64,000 nucleotides of DNA from Camelus ferus. Taxonomy: Eukaryota. Made by a program: the position numbers and the translations under genes. Below are positions 26,698-41,391 of this stretch, piece by piece. The stretch spans positions 65,288,001 through 65,352,000 of the forward strand of contig NC_045697.1 of the NCBI RefSeq assembly GCF_009834535.1, in the 5' to 3' direction. The first letter of the stretch is position 1. Each line of letters begins with the position of its first letter. A model generated the notes under the pieces. The model did no database searches. It was not told the origin of the DNA and saw nothing but the letters and a program-made list of their open reading frames with translations.

Positions 26698-29337
26698 AAC
26701 TATGTTTTTTTAAACTATATATATGCTAGATGAAGTTTAAGAAAATTAGAGGGATTAAAGAGGACATATTTTATTTTAAGTGGAGGTTTTTACTCTGATT
26801 TTTAAGAAAAGCAGGTTGAAACTGAGGAGAATCTTTATAATCATTTAATGGTTTTATTCTATGACCAAAAAAAAAAAAATTCTAGAAAGAATTCACTCGT
26901 TTTTATAGGTCACTTAGTAAGAAATAGTGCTTATCTGCTTCTTCCCACTCTGTACACCAGAATCTTAACTGTATTAGCAAACACCTACTTCTCAAATGTT
27001 GAGATAGAGACTTTTACTATAGCCTTCATAATTACAAACATCAATTTGTTGAGTATAATTGAGCTCATGCGATGATTTTTTAATATGTAATATTTAATTG
27101 TTAACAAATTCTCTTTAAATATATTTATGAATGTTTTTACAAATAATAAATTATGTGTATTGTAGTTATCCTTAATCTTCAGTCTCTCACCTTTAAGGAT
27201 AGCTTTTAAAAATCTTATTTAAAAAATAACTATAAAAATATTATTCAGATTTTTCTTTTTGTCAGAAGCAGATTTGGTTAATTGTCCTCTGTGTGTCCCC
27301 AGCTGCTTCTGTCTAAACCCAATCTGTCCTGGCATATCAGTTCTTTGTATCAAAGTGTATGTAACTATTTACGTAAAAATATCAGTCTCAGTTTTCCATT
27401 TATTCGAAGTTCATTTTAAGTATACTTTATTTATTAATAATATTTCAGTAAAAGTTTATCTCCGTCCATTGTATTCTGGAAAATGCCAACCAGAATTTGC
27501 TCATTATACTCAGAATGCCTTCTATCCATTGCTACCTGACCATTCACCATTCTGTTTATGTTTCTACAGTACCTCTAATAGCAATATTCTGCCCTTTGTA
27601 TTCTGCATTTGAAGACTCGATGGTGATAGGTTACTGTTCAACTTTTTTTGTTGGGGCTAGTATCTTATGGATATAACCATAACTTTGGAAAAGAGTAATA
27701 GTAATTTACCTACACAGAAACTGGAGTCATAACTTACTAGCATTCAGCTAACCTCACTGTAACTCATACTGCAGGTCTGAGTGAATCGTGTGTGCAGGAA
27801 TGAGCATGCTAAACCAAACTCCCAGAGGCCCTTTCTTCATTAGACAATAATCCTTAGTCTGTAGTGGGGCATTTATGTATATATTTTAGAACTCCATGTT
27901 ATACCAGTGTTTGCAAAACAAAACAATCATACGAGTAAAAAACAGATCACTCTATTTCAACAACTGTGTTGATCAGATCAGAGAACGGTATTTACTTCAG
28001 CTATGTTCTTGTCCTTAAGTCTCACAAGAATACGTACTGTCAGAAAACTCTGAAAGAAATCTTTATGTCTTCAAGGCCTCTTAGAAGAAAGGCTTTTGAA
28101 GCTTGTTAACCAGCTTGCATTATGACTGTTTTCAAATTTCTCTGGAGAGGAGAACAGGTGGCTCTCAGATTGCAGCCATTAGTGCATCTCTTGGGTCTGA
28201 GGGAGACCAGGGAATTATCATCTAATAGATCTGTCTTTGCTGTCTGACTTTTTCATTCTGACCTGAGTAAACTGTGAAATTAGGCTAAATATGAGACCAT
28301 CCTGTGAAACAGTGCTGAGTATTTAAGTAAACTGTGAAGCATGTGGGAGATTCAGAATCAGTTTGTAACTCTTTAAAAGGGACCAGGGAAGTCCTGGCAC
28401 ATATACCCAGGCCACTCCTCGAATTATAATCCACAGTTGTGCCACACAGCATTTATGGCTTCAGTGCTAGTGACAGAAACACACCTTAGTCCCATTGTAT
28501 AATTCCTAATGAAAAATAACTCTCAAAAGAAAAACTGACTAAAGAGCAGAAATATATACAGTAATCTTAAGAGGATTTTTTTTCCTTTCTCTTTATCTGC
28601 CTGGAGTTAGTGAAAACAAGCCTTGACACATCATTTACTTAACATCTCAGCAAAACTGATTCTTACTGTTGAACCTGAAAGAGCATATAAGAGATAAAGA
28701 ACAGGCAAATCCAGCTATTATTTCAGGATCTAAAGGATCTAATTGGTAGCCAGAGTTCAAGGCTGACCTTATCAGTTGGAGATGGGGGGAAAAAAAGAAA
28801 AACCCACAATAGTAAGATAAAAATAATGTTTACCTACCTCCAAAATTCAGTTCTTGTAAATAATAACCCATCAGTACAAACGGAAAATTGTGTGATCTGA
28901 ATAATTTATGTAAAGGCATGATTCGTGCCAGAAGGATTAGGGGTATAAATAGCAACAATTTAATATGTGTAAAGAAGTTTACTTCAAATTAGAAACTATT
29001 TTTAAGCAATAGGCTTAAAATTACTCTATTCTTTTGTCTTTTCTTCTATGCATTAGGGGTAAGGCCTTAGTTACTTGTGCTGGAATGTTACATGTACACT
29101 GGCAGGCACTATTGTACTTTTCATATTTCTAATAAGCATTTACTGGGGCTAGGCTGAAATCTCACTTAGAACAAAGACCAGGTCTGTCTTGCTCAATGGA
29201 ACAACTCCAGTCTTAGCACTGCGGCTAGCATATTTCAGGTGCTCAAAAAGTTTGAATGGTTTTGTTAAATTAATTGAATGGATGTAGAATCAATGCCAAG
29301 TCATCACGCCCAGTCCCTGACCAGGGCTTTTATAAAG

Positions 29338-29521
29338 CAGTGGATCTCAAAATGATTCACTAAACCTGTGCCGTAAGTACTAACTGCAAACTTGTTAGAA
29401 ATGCAAATTCTCAGACTTCATGACCAACATTCACAATCAGAAACTATTGGAGTAGGCCCAACAATCTGTTTAAAAAGCCCTCTGGGTGATTCTAATTTGT
29501 ACTAATATTGAGAATCACCAA
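29338..29521. mobile_element. MER5A DNA transposon fossil
   Basis: cagtggatctcaaa..cttgttagaaatgcaaattctcag..aatcagaaact..gccctctgggtgattctaat..tgagaatcac. Confidence 0.8.
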
Positions 29522-29724
29522 GGTAAAGAAGCCTCAAATACACTGTACACAGTGATTATGAGAGTGTCTCGACAGTCTGTTACAGAAAGATAGCTTCTGT
29601 GGACAGATTGTGCATAATTTTAATTTCTCGAGAACTTTTCTACATCTCAGGAATTGCTTCGCTTTAACTAGAGGAACTATTCCCTATTCATGTGGAGTAA
29701 ATTGTGTGTTTTCTGTAGGAAGGC

Positions 29725-30210
29725 AGACTTAGTTGGAGTTCCTGGTACAGATCCTGAGACAAGGGCTTGGGTGCAGATGGTTTATTAGGGAGTTATTCCC
29801 AAAAAAGCGCAAGTGAGGAAGTGATGAACATGAGACAGTAAAGAGAAAAGCCAGTCAAGAATGTGTTACGAAGAATGGATTACAAAAGTGGGCAAATGAG
29901 GCTCAGTCCTTCAGCAAACCTGAGAAACTGTGTGTGGAATATAGCTCAGAGGCACCCCACTGGGAGGTAGGGACTGGAGCCTTTTTCTACATCCTCCCAT
30001 CCACGTTGGTTGAGAACTGACCTGCAGTGACACTAACCTACCCCCGCATCTAGGTTATGCTCGTATGCAGCCGAGTAAGCTGGAGAAAGTCCCAAGGCAG
30101 AGAAAAGAAGTGACACAAGCTCTTAATATGGGACATGTCAATATGCTGGAAACTGTTTTCACCTGCAGTTGCAAGGCAGCTCACATGGGCTGAGGGGCTG
30201 GGAGGCAAAG
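29725..30210. mobile_element. Old MaLR LTR (MLT1I/J-like)
   Basis: cagatcctgagacaagggcttgggtgcagatggtttattagggag..tgagacag..agccagtcaagaatgtgtta. Confidence 0.7.
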
Positions 30211-30239
30211 AAACCCTCTAACATGATAATCCTCACCCA

Positions 30240-30700
30240 GTTCACAATAATTATTTAATGTCTATCAAGATACGTGCTCAGAGTTAGTGGCTGGGAATGT
30301 AAACATAGATAAAGCACCATCCCCGCCTCAAGAAGATTTCAGCGTAGTGGAAAAGTAAACAGATAAAAAGATAATTAAAATATAACTAGATACCTACATT
30401 TGTAAGAGGAATTTATAGAGGAGAGAGTGTAGTGACCATGGAGGACTTCTTAGAGGTGATGCTGATAATCGTGACGAAGGGGAATCTTGAAAGGCACTTA
30501 GAGGCCAGCCAAATGAAGAGGCTTTGGGGGAAGAGGAGCTGTGGATAGAAGCCAGAATGATTGAGATGTGAATGGGAGGTGTGAAAAAATAGAACCAATC
30601 ATAGGCAATGTTTGAGATTGTCTATACAAGTCGGTGGAGAGGTCATGTGTTAGGTGCTGGGAAATATGGAGTCCTATGGGTGATAAATGGAGATATGGAA
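30240..30700 (-). mobile_element. L2 fragment
   Basis: Purine-rich antisense L2-like sequence (tatttaatgtctatc..gtgctc..ggaggacttcttagaggtgatg). Confidence 0.5.
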
Positions 30701-32526
30701 GGTGTGAGAGTATGGATACCTGCACACTACAGGTATCCTACAGGTACCCTGCAGAGGCTGCAGACTCCCTAAGGAAGAAGGAAGAAAGGGACTCAAAGTT
30801 CTATTGAAGTGATTAGTCCCTTTTTTTGGAGAAAGAGTGCCTATTTTACTGTGAAGAGAGGAGAGCAATGAAGTTAAAATGGTGTGTATTCCTTTGTAAA
30901 AATGGGGCAAGTAATAGCAACTACCTTCGCAGGGTTGTTATGAGACCTAACTGATGAATGGCACTACAAGGCACTACAGTGTTTACTGCTGCTTCATGGG
31001 CAAAATACAAACCCTGAAGTGTTAGCTATTATTATTCAAATAAGGATTTTGTTTGCTTGCTTTGCTTTTGAATTTAGAGGGACAGAAATTTGAGGGCTTG
31101 AAACCATATCTACGCTACCCATTGGTCTGTCTTTATTGTTATTTAAAGTAGGAAACAGCTACTTGTGAAGTTGTTAGGAAAATGGACCAGGAGAACTGTC
31201 TGAAGGTTGAACGTCACTGCCATGGGAAATGAGAAAGAGCAAAACGAATGATACATACAGGCAAAAGAATTGCTGGTTAGAATCAAGTGTCTGGTAAAGG
31301 TTAGAAGCCATGATTTTGCAGTGACACTAAGCCACACAGCTGTGTGATCCATTTCTAGGGAAGGAGGAACAGTGTCTTCTCAGACATCTAAACAGCATTC
31401 AGGGTAACAGTAGTTGTTTTGTAGAAATTGTGCAGTGTAAACACAGACAGGTAAGCATACATATAAACAATTTTTTAAAAAAACTTGAAAAAATTTATCA
31501 AGAGATTTAAGATCAGTGAAAATTCTAAAATGTGTAAGGTATTTTTGAATAATCGTGCACCATGCGATCATAGCCCAGGTTCCTTTGTCAAGCTTTGTAA
31601 TTCTGTTCTACAAATGACATTTTGTTTGAGCAGTTAGCAGTTGGTGCCTCCATTTCAACTGACATTTTGTTACTAAACACAGTTCTAACACCATAAGGTG
31701 ATTTGTCAGTGGTAAGAAAAAGATAGTTTCTATTTCACTACAGTGAAATAGCACAGACGGGATAGTCAGTTGCTTGGAATTCTGGAAAGTGTCCATATTG
31801 TCAAGTCCAACACCATTGCAAACATTTTTATAGTCAGCTGCAAGGTGTACTATTTAATGGAAAAAGCTATGAAAGAAACTTAGAAACATCAGGAAGCTTG
31901 AAGGTGTTTTGATTCTGTAAAAAGTTCAAGGATCATATCTCCAGTGAGCTTAAGTATCTTGAGAATGATCAACACAATTACTTCAGGAATATGGCCACGG
32001 AAGTTCACATTTTTCTTTTCTTTTGTTTCTCTTTTGGATACTTTGAGTATCAAAATTATTAAGACATTTCTTAAGTACCTTATATTTTCTCCTGTGAAGT
32101 CTTTTGATTCTAGAATCATCAGCGTTTTCTATCATTATTGATAATAAGTTCTTGTCATTATCATTATATCATTATTGATATTTTAGAAAGCAGAGTCCAT
32201 GTGAAATACTGGAAAAGCCCAGGGATAACAGAAATATTGAACTAGGAATGCCTTTTAATAAGCAGTAATCATAGTGGCTTCATCAGTGATGAGCTGTTGA
32301 TAACCCAGAGTATGACAAATTTACACAAAGAACAGTAGTAATAAACTGGTTAACTGACTAACTGCAGAAATGTTCCTAATCCCTTATTGCTACAATACCC
32401 AAGAATCATCCATTTTTCTGTCCTAGAAGCTTTTGGCCCTTTGTCCTGTGACGGCAATCAGAAGTTTTGTTTTGATGAGAGAATAGGAACAGATAACTCT
32501 TTCTCTGAGTAAGCATTAGCTGCCAA

Positions 32527-32530
<4 letters not shown>

Positions 32531-32568
<38 letters not shown>
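32531..32568. repeat. (GT)19 microsatellite
   Basis: Perfect GT run read directly. Confidence 0.97.
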
Positions 32569-32571
<3 letters not shown>

Positions 32572-32924
32572 ATCAGCTAATCAGCATAGCAAGTTGTTCA
32601 CATTCTGAAAAGAATGTGAGAACTAAGACTCAACTAACAGAAAAACAAGTTTTCTTACACCACTTTAAGACAAATGGTCATGGTGTAGAATGATACATGA
32701 AACCACCTGCATTTCTCAGATTCTTCAATGGTTCATTCTTTTCTCTCAAAGGTGTATAGTAGATGCAATAATAAGTTACACAGTGGAGTTCAAATCCATA
32801 TGCCACACAGTGTTCTGCAATACCCAGTTTAACTGTAGATATTTTAACTTTGAGGAAAGCATAATAGTTTCTGAAACTTGGGGAAAGAGGGCTATGAAAT
32901 CAGTACAGAGGATATTTACTTATT

Positions 32925-33089
32925 CATTCTTCCTTCCACCCCTGGCTGTATGATTTGGATGATTTACTTCAGTGTTTTCATATGTAAGGCAGACATAAAT
33001 GTAGAGCTCTCATCATAAGGATATCGTGAGCATTAAATAAGTTACTATATATAAAAGCACTGGTGCCTGGCGCATAGTAAGCACTCAAT
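32925..33089 (+). mobile_element. MIR SINE
   Basis: ggctgtatgatttgg..cttcagtgttttcatatgtaa..tgtgag-like core..gtgcctggcgcatagtaagcactcaat. Confidence 0.75.
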
Positions 33090-33235
33090 TTGATTCAGTA
33101 ACTGTTAATCGAATGCTGCTTGTAGCACATCAATAATAATAATAAAAGCTAATATTAATTGAGTTATTAATTAGCTTTTATTATTATTATTGATGTGCTA
33201 CAAGCAGCATTCGATTAACAGTTACTGAATCAAAT
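33088..33235. repeat. Perfect inverted repeat: 66-bp arms, 16-bp spacer
   Basis: 33088-33153 is the exact reverse complement of 33170-33235. Confidence 0.97.
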
Positions 33236-33951
33236 GCACTTGTACTCACCTGTGAGTATGAACAAAACTACTGCAGCAACCTAAGTGAAGAAGGGAAAGA
33301 GGGCTAACAAAGGAAAGAGATCAGCACGTTTGATACTTAATGTTACAGGTGCTTTAGATCCATTCATCCATTTCATCCTCACTATACACCTGTGAGAATA
33401 GTGTTATTCAGATAATCAGGGAACTGAGAGAGTAAGTAACATATCTGACTGTTAATAAAAAGACCTGGCATTTAAACTCAAACCCAGTTATTCAAATTTA
33501 ATGTTCTTTTTTTAATACCACATAGCCTCCAAATTCCAGGATATCTGACCTTTGAAGATTTAAAATATGGTATTTCTGCACTTCATTACCGTGTAAATAA
33601 TTAAGATCTCCTAGTTGATAAAATGTGAATTGGGTCATTTTCTTATTATTTAATTTTTAAAAATTAAATTCCATCCAGTGACTTCCTTTCAATACAAGTT
33701 TATCAGATGGTTTAGTCCTGGATAAAATCCACAGGATCCCCAGATGTGTAAGCACGTGTTTAGGCTGTACAATTATCTTTTTTTCACAAACAGCATTTAG
33801 TGAAACTTTGCCTTGTGCCTGGCAACAAACTTTACTGAAACCCTACTATCTTTCACTGATTATTCTAAGGGTATAGACCAGTGACCAAAATGAAATTCTC
33901 ACCTTCTGTGAAGCTTATATTTTAATGTGCACAGAAAGAGACAGGAAATAC

Positions 33952-33971
33952 GTGTGTGTGTGTGTGTGTGT
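33952..33971. repeat. (GT)10 microsatellite
   Basis: Read directly. Confidence 0.9.
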
Positions 33972-36289
33972 TTGTCTTATGTGGGCTAAGTGTGTGGGAC
34001 TGGCAAGGATGGGCATCATAGCAGGCATGCCTGATGGAGTAATATTTTGATAGGGACCTAGACGAAGGGAAGAAGGGCCGTGTGCATGTCTGGGGTGGAA
34101 GAGCAATGCAGGAGGCAAAGTGATGGCAAAGGTGGGACTATACTGAGGACAGGAAGAAAACCAGTCCAGCTGAAGCACAGGGAGTAAGGGGAATATAAAA
34201 CACACAATGCCCTCACAGCCAATTACATAACTACACACTAATTAAGGCTGGAATAAAGGTTTGTTCACAGTGTTAGAGAGTGCAGAAAGGGGGGGCAATA
34301 CTGCCTGGGGTTGGGGAGGTAAGAGTGGGGAAGGATTTGGCGTTCGCTTCAGTCTTTGAATTTTGAGAACTACTTTGTCAGGGAGAGGATAGAGAAGAGA
34401 TCAAAAGGAACAGAGCAAAGGCATGAAAGCTCACAGTTGTGACGGGCCTGTGTGTTGTCTTTTGATGTGATCAGTAGACTTCTCTATAAGATTCTTTTTC
34501 TTTATTTGCTTCAAGATAGTAAGAAAGTCTTATTGCATAAATCCCAGCAATTAAGTTCCAATGTGTCCCCAAACAATCATTTTAAGCCCTGATCAAAATC
34601 CAAGTAATAACTTACATTCATCTTTTTTGCCAGATATTCTTAAGAATTAATTTACTCTGCCAAGGGTCATTTAGCTTTTTTTAAAATAAAGAAATATTTT
34701 AATGTCATTCCTTTCTTGTGCTAAAAGTTAACAGATTAGAATATAATAAAACAGGCAAGGCAAGGGATGAGTGGTCCTTCAACAAACACTGCTTTTCCTA
34801 ATTGTTTGGGGATAATGTACCTTTAATCACTAGAGCTGACATCGAAAAGAATCTCAGTGGAAGCAGAAACTCACAAAGAATTAAAACAACAACACCGTGA
34901 TCACTTGCACTGGAAACAACTGTCAAATATTTATTTACATCCTCAACAGGCAAAGTCTTGAAATCATGAATTTACTTTTAACCACTGTTCAATCTCTGTT
35001 CAATAATATAGCACACAGGAAGGTGGATCTGTGCCATATGATGAACACAGATTCTGTGTTTTCTTACGTTAGTGCCCGTCTTTCCACATTAAGAGGCGTA
35101 GCAGGTAGCATACTGTTGGCCAAATCTCAGCGGTGGCATATTTCCATCTCCCAGGGGGTGTGGGAAGCCCCAACTGCACAGCAGTAACAATAATTCTAGC
35201 ATATCCGTTTATGAAATAACTTTGGCAGTAATGGCAAGAGGATTTGGATGAAAGTGTATTTGTGGTCTTCCAGCTGGAAGATCAGAGCAGAGATTCTAAA
35301 GCAAAAGGCACAGAGTGGGATGGCAGATAGTGGCTGCTTGGATAAGAACAGAAGAGTTGGGGATCCATGCTGAGCTCAAGGGGAAACGCAAACAAGACAG
35401 TCTTTTCAGAGTATCTTCTTGCTGCCCACTACCAGCATGAGAGATTACTGATGCCATCTGCTGGATATATTTGGTATTTAAAAATGGAATCTGCACAAAT
35501 GATACTCCAGTGCCTCTTGATACTGTGGCTTTAGTTCTTCTAGTGAGAAGAAAATCGAAAACCAGATCAGCTAAAAACAAAAAAACAAAACAAAGTCAGG
35601 TACATGTTTAGTGTATCTTAAGAAGTCTGCAACTTTGCATTGTCACTCTGCATTTCTGAGAATTACAGTGTTTAATTTCACTGTGTTTTTTAGCAGAACT
35701 GTGTGGTAGTACGGTTTACTGGTGTGTGACACTTAGGAAACTGGATGTAGAGTTTGTACTATAAATCCAGGAACTCCTTGCTAAAAATCTTCTACGCATT
35801 ATAAACTTTATACGTGATATACTCCCTTTTGAACTTTATTGGAGGAAGGATAGTGGTTTGGTTTGGTTTTGTCTTATTTTGTTTAATTAGAAATGGAGAA
35901 AAACATTAAAGGAAAGAACAAGTATTACTATTTGATCACAACTATTACATATACCTTTGAGTTTTACGTAAGATATGGTAATTCAATTTTTGTTTTTCTG
36001 TGTTCTGGGGAAAATTTCCTTTGTTAGTTGCATTCCCTATAGAACTATTATAAAACTATGCTTTTAAAATTTAAATATTCCTCATGGTGCTTCAATAAAA
36101 ATTTAGAACTCTTGGAAATGTGTGACTAAATTAAATTGATTCTAGTCTGTATCTCCCAAGAATTGCTAATCCCATGAGATTTGTAGTGGAAATGGTTTCT
36201 GTGGTCAAATTCATTTGGAATATTCTTACATTCTAAACATCTTCTCTTGGAGTTTCATAAAGCACATTTATTAAAACATGAGGAGTTGG

Positions 36290-36475
36290 TATTTACTGAG
36301 AGTTTACTATGTGCTATTTTTGCATTTAATCTTTGTCATGATTCTATCATGAAGGCACTATCATAAACCCTAGTGACAAATGAGGAAACTGAGGCTTACA
36401 GAGTTGGTAACTTGTTCAAAGTCACATTTACGAAAATGGAGAAAACTCTGATTTTAGAGGTCTTGCTCTTAAGTC
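36290..36475 (-). mobile_element. MIR SINE
   Basis: tatttactgagagtttactatgtgc..acaaatgaggaaactgaggctt..taacttgttcaaagtcaca. Confidence 0.8.
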
Positions 36476-39400
36476 TGAAGCCATACGCTCAAAATAATAA
36501 TATATGAAACAATATTATGGATTAATATGACCTAGGTTAAGTATATTTCAGTATTGATATTAACCTGTTAAAAGCTTTGAGGATTAGTGCAGTGATGACA
36601 TCTATTTCACATAGCTTAACTTAGCATCTCTAAATCTACTTGGCCATACAGTGCTTACAAATTTTAGTGGAAGTAATTTCCCACAGAATACTGAAATGCT
36701 GAGATGAGTATAATACAATAGATCAGGAGCCAGGAAGGGAGTAGCCTGTTAGTATTTCTCTGGCCACTCGCTCCAAATAACTGCTGGTGTCCTTCCCCAG
36801 GCACGCCACTCACTCAGGACTCCACCGGACGGTTTGGAATGGGCAGGAGTAGGAAGCAAACGCTTGATATCTTTGTTACTGCAGGTGCACAGAGCACGGG
36901 AACCCTTTCCATAAATGTGTATTATTTCGTACATCCTGCAAAGGGAGTAAGCTTAATTTAGTTAAGCCACAAGGTTGAGTGAAAAACAGCATGCTGCTGT
37001 TATTACTGAGTCAATTAAATTGTCCTCTGAGCTTGTAGGAACTGTTCTGCATTTATTACCAGTGAGCTACACGCACTGGCAGTTTCTTTGCTTCGGATTG
37101 TCTTATATTTAGCACATCTTAAAGATTTGAGAACGGATGATAGAAGACATGGTGATGAATTGTTGGGCTTTTCTAAAGATTCAGAAGTTCTAAAGTCCCT
37201 GCCAGTGACAGATGGTCTGTCCTTACTCATCACTTGTCTTCCTGACAGGACTTGATTTTTTTTCCCCCTTTTTTGTTCAGTTCTCTTAAAAGTAAGCTCA
37301 GCTTCTTGGGAGGTGGGGTAGTCTTATTTGTTATGACCATGTTTCTGTATATCGCTGTGGCAGCAGCTCCGTGTGAACGTGCACCTCGCGCCCTCTCGTT
37401 ATTAACGTGCATGTGTGTAGTGATAAGAGGGAGGTGTGGGGCAAGAGGGGAGGGAACAGATTACTAAGAGGAATCCATACGTCCTTTCTTCTTCTTATTT
37501 TGTAACTGAACCTTCTACAGTCCCCATTGGATAGTTTTTTCTTACTGACTTGCTACTTTCTTTTGATAGCCCAAGCATAATGTGATGTTTTAGACAGTGT
37601 TTCTTATTATTATGGTAATAAAGTCTATATTATTTTAGGACCGTCATTATTTCATAGCAGTCAAAAATTTTTGGAAGTTTTGGGTTAAAGAAATACAATT
37701 AGGGTAGAATAACTTGCTAGACATCTATAAGAATCCACAGAATGAGACCAAACAACTACAACAGTAATGCAGTTAGATGTAAACTATGTTCCCACTGAAA
37801 AAATTTCCATCAAATTGCTTAATCCTTTTCATTGGCTTAAAATATATTTACTGCTGAAGTAGGAGATGTGCTACTTATGTAAGGAAGATGAGAAAATGGA
37901 ATGGTTTTCTCTAAGTTCTAATATAACTGGAAATAAATACAAAGGCTTAAAATAGTCTAGGATATCGTACAATCACTTCTGAATCCTTTATCGAGAAGTA
38001 ATTCAGTCCTTCAAGTTAGTAATGAAAGTAGTTTGTTACAGCATTACTTAGGCTGAAGTATATTAAATGGAAAGTGATTAATACAAATATAAAAATTATT
38101 AGATGAATTGATTTGGGATTTATAATTAGTTGTTTGACATTTGCTGTCTACACAAATGGCTGAGAATTTCTTTTTATGTAAATATGTCTTTTATAAGAAT
38201 GTTCACTACATGTTAGCTCAATTTATAAGATGTGAAAAGGATAAAGAACATTATCACTCCTTTTTATCTTTTCTTTTAACTCTACTGTAATTTTCACTTC
38301 TCTGGGTGTATATGTGTGTGTATGTATATATATATGTTTAATAGTAGGTTATATATAGATAATTAATAATATGTAAGAATATACATAATATAAATAGATA
38401 CATAGTCGGTTTCCAAGATCTAAGCTAGTGATCTCCCCATCACCTTTTTATGCCTCTTACTAAATATTCGTTCCACCATTACAGATATCAGTTACCTTTT
38501 TAATTAGTGGCTTTTTGCATTGCTCTCTTTTAGTAACATTCAATTATAAAAAATCAGAGAAGTTATGCCAGCTCATTAGTTATGCATGAAGATGTTAACC
38601 TAGACCTAAGGAAATTATAGTCCTCTTTTAGTGGATAGTTCCTCAAATAATGAGTGGAAGCATTAACTTTCTGTGTACAACATAGCAATAAAAAAGTTTC
38701 AGAGCTTCTTTATAATATGGTGCCACAGTAAAGCATGGATTTTAGTTGTGTATCCATGTATATCTTGTATAATTAAAGGGACGAGGCACATTTACCTCCA
38801 GATGCTTAAGTACCTTTCTGGTATAATTTATTTTCCTTCCCCAAAGAACAATGGGCTCATAAAAAAAGCCCTGAACATTCAGTATTCATGAAAAGGCCAA
38901 CAGATATTGCATGGTTTTGAAATCATGCTTTTATAAAATCACAGAATTTTAAATTACTCTAATAAGTGTGTTTATTAAAATTAATTAAGGTTAGAAAAAG
39001 GCACATAGCTGAGATTAGTAAAAATGCATTGCAATAAAGAAGATAGGCTAAGTTACTCTAACAGGTAGACCCAAAATGCAATGTCTGAACATAGCAGAGG
39101 TTGGTTTCAGCGTTAGCGTAAGACTAGTTCACGGAGTAGGGAAGTGGGGTCTGCTCCATGACCTTGAGCTATTGTGATAAATGATTTATTTCTTTATCTG
39201 CTGTAATGTGCTCATATTTTTTCCTCGTTTCAAAAGTATAAAGAAAAATGTTTTATAGTTTAGTATTCAAGAGTAAAAGAGAGACAGGAGTAAGAGAAGA
39301 TTATTTCCTAAGCAAAGGACGGTGGTATGGCTAGTGGTATCATGGCCTTAGATGAAATATTTGCCTTTCTCCTTTACTGAAACACACGATTGAGCCTGTA

Positions 39401-41391
39401 CCAATATACTATTTTCTGCTTCTGCCTGAAAGTTTATTTCAAGACAAAGTGTGAAAGTTGAGTAAATTTTGTGGTCTAGACACATTATCAGTGTTATCAT
39501 TATAGACACAGTATTATGTTATCATTATCATATCAAGAAGGTAACTCTTACCTTCTACTTATTTCATAAATTTTGTTGCACAAAATAAGTCTTTACTTAG
39601 GTTCTACAGGTTAATACAGAGTTCTCATAGACTGCATTTTGCTTTATCTTGCCACACGGTACACATTGTCTGAACAGGGATAATTTAGGCTAAATTGAGT
39701 CATTTCTTCATTCTACTAATAATATTGTTCCAGAAGTACTTTCAATCTATATTTTGGTTTTCATTCTCTTTTCTATAAATACTTCGTATTTCTATATGTT
39801 AGTCATGTGGGTTTTCCCCCCATATTCAATATAATTTCTCGCTCTTTTTTTAATACAGAGAACTACTTTGCTTATATCTGAGTCTCTAGTTTGTATTCCA
39901 TTAAATTCTTATGGCATTCTCATTTGTTTTTTTAACAGCTTTGTTGCTAATAAATTACTGATGATTTGTCTAAGATGATTAAAGAAAAATAGTTATAAAA
40001 TTAGAAATAAAGGGTGTCATTACTGGTATAAAGTAATTTTTTTTTTTAGCTAAAGCTGAAAAAACTGAAAACTGCATGAGTCGTATTTTCTACATTAAGT
40101 TTCACCTAGAAGTTGAGCATTAGTTCAAAAAATGATAATAATGATATAACTCAAAAATAGATAACATATCCTTACTTCTATGATACTGTATTATATATAC
40201 ACATTAGTAAGGTCATAGGAATCTATATGATGTATATGGAAATGGTATAAAGTTTATACCAAATTTTTTTTGAATTCTGCAAATAATTATATACTTTAAG
40301 AAAGTGTTGAATCACATAAAAATATATTTCCATTTGTATTTTTCATAATTCAGTGCATCTTTCAGTAGGTATTTCTCAGAATACCCTCAAAGAATAACCC
40401 TCAAAAGTAATTTACACTTTATAACAATTCCTTGCTAGCTATTAGAAAGTATCTTCAGTTGAAACGTAATCTGCAGGTATTGTTGCTGAAAATAACAGAA
40501 TAATCTCTTTCAAATCAGTTTAACCTATTATATATCTATTTGCTCCATGGCATGAGTTATAAAACATGTCTTAGAATATGTATGATAAACTGGATAGAAT
40601 GGAAACCTTGATTAAAAAAAGTGACCTCTGCTGTACACACGCAGAGACACACACACACACAGAGGAGAGTCACTTTTAGGTCCTTAGCTGAGGATCATTT
40701 CAAATCAATTTATCCATAGCTATCCAGACAAGATTGTTGCCTACATGTAGTTCACTTTTCTTTTAACATAAGTTTTCTTTCTGTTCATGTTACTAGTGGT
40801 CTAAAAGCTACTGAAATTACCCACCTATAACATATGTTAGTATAAATGTTTATTGCGTTTAGTCTTTACATTCAGGTAATTTTATGATTGGATCTCCTTA
40901 GAATACACTTGCACAAAACTTTTCAGAACATAGAGCATTTTACTTTGTCAAGACAATAACAAACACATACACAGGGATGTAGATGATAAGAATGTTAAGT
41001 TAGAGCCAGATTATGGAGGAATATGTACTTAGGTGTTTCTTAGGTACGTAATAGAAGGTCATCAAAATTTATTTGGAGTAGGAAATATGATTGGAACTCT
41101 ACTCTAAGTTAAAATCACTTAAGTGTTATTTACATTTTTTTTCAATTGAAGCCTTTGTTTTTCTAGGCTTTTGATTATATTTTCAAACTTAATTAGCAAG
41201 TCTACAGTGCATTTACAAGATGAACACATGCTTCCACAGTGTTTTACTAATGGTTTCCATCTTCAGTTGAGTAACACAGACCTATCTAATGTGTAGTATA
41301 CATTTTTTGCCATTTGGCAAGTGTATCTATTTAGTTTGGTTTGTTTTCCACAATTAATACTGACTGATAACTGGGTTCTTTTCTCTTCCAG

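Noticed and set aside
34289..34335. Potential G-quadruplex (four G-runs)
   Set aside because: Two loops are 10-11 nt, it is isolated and lies in repeat-like sequence, with no support for function.
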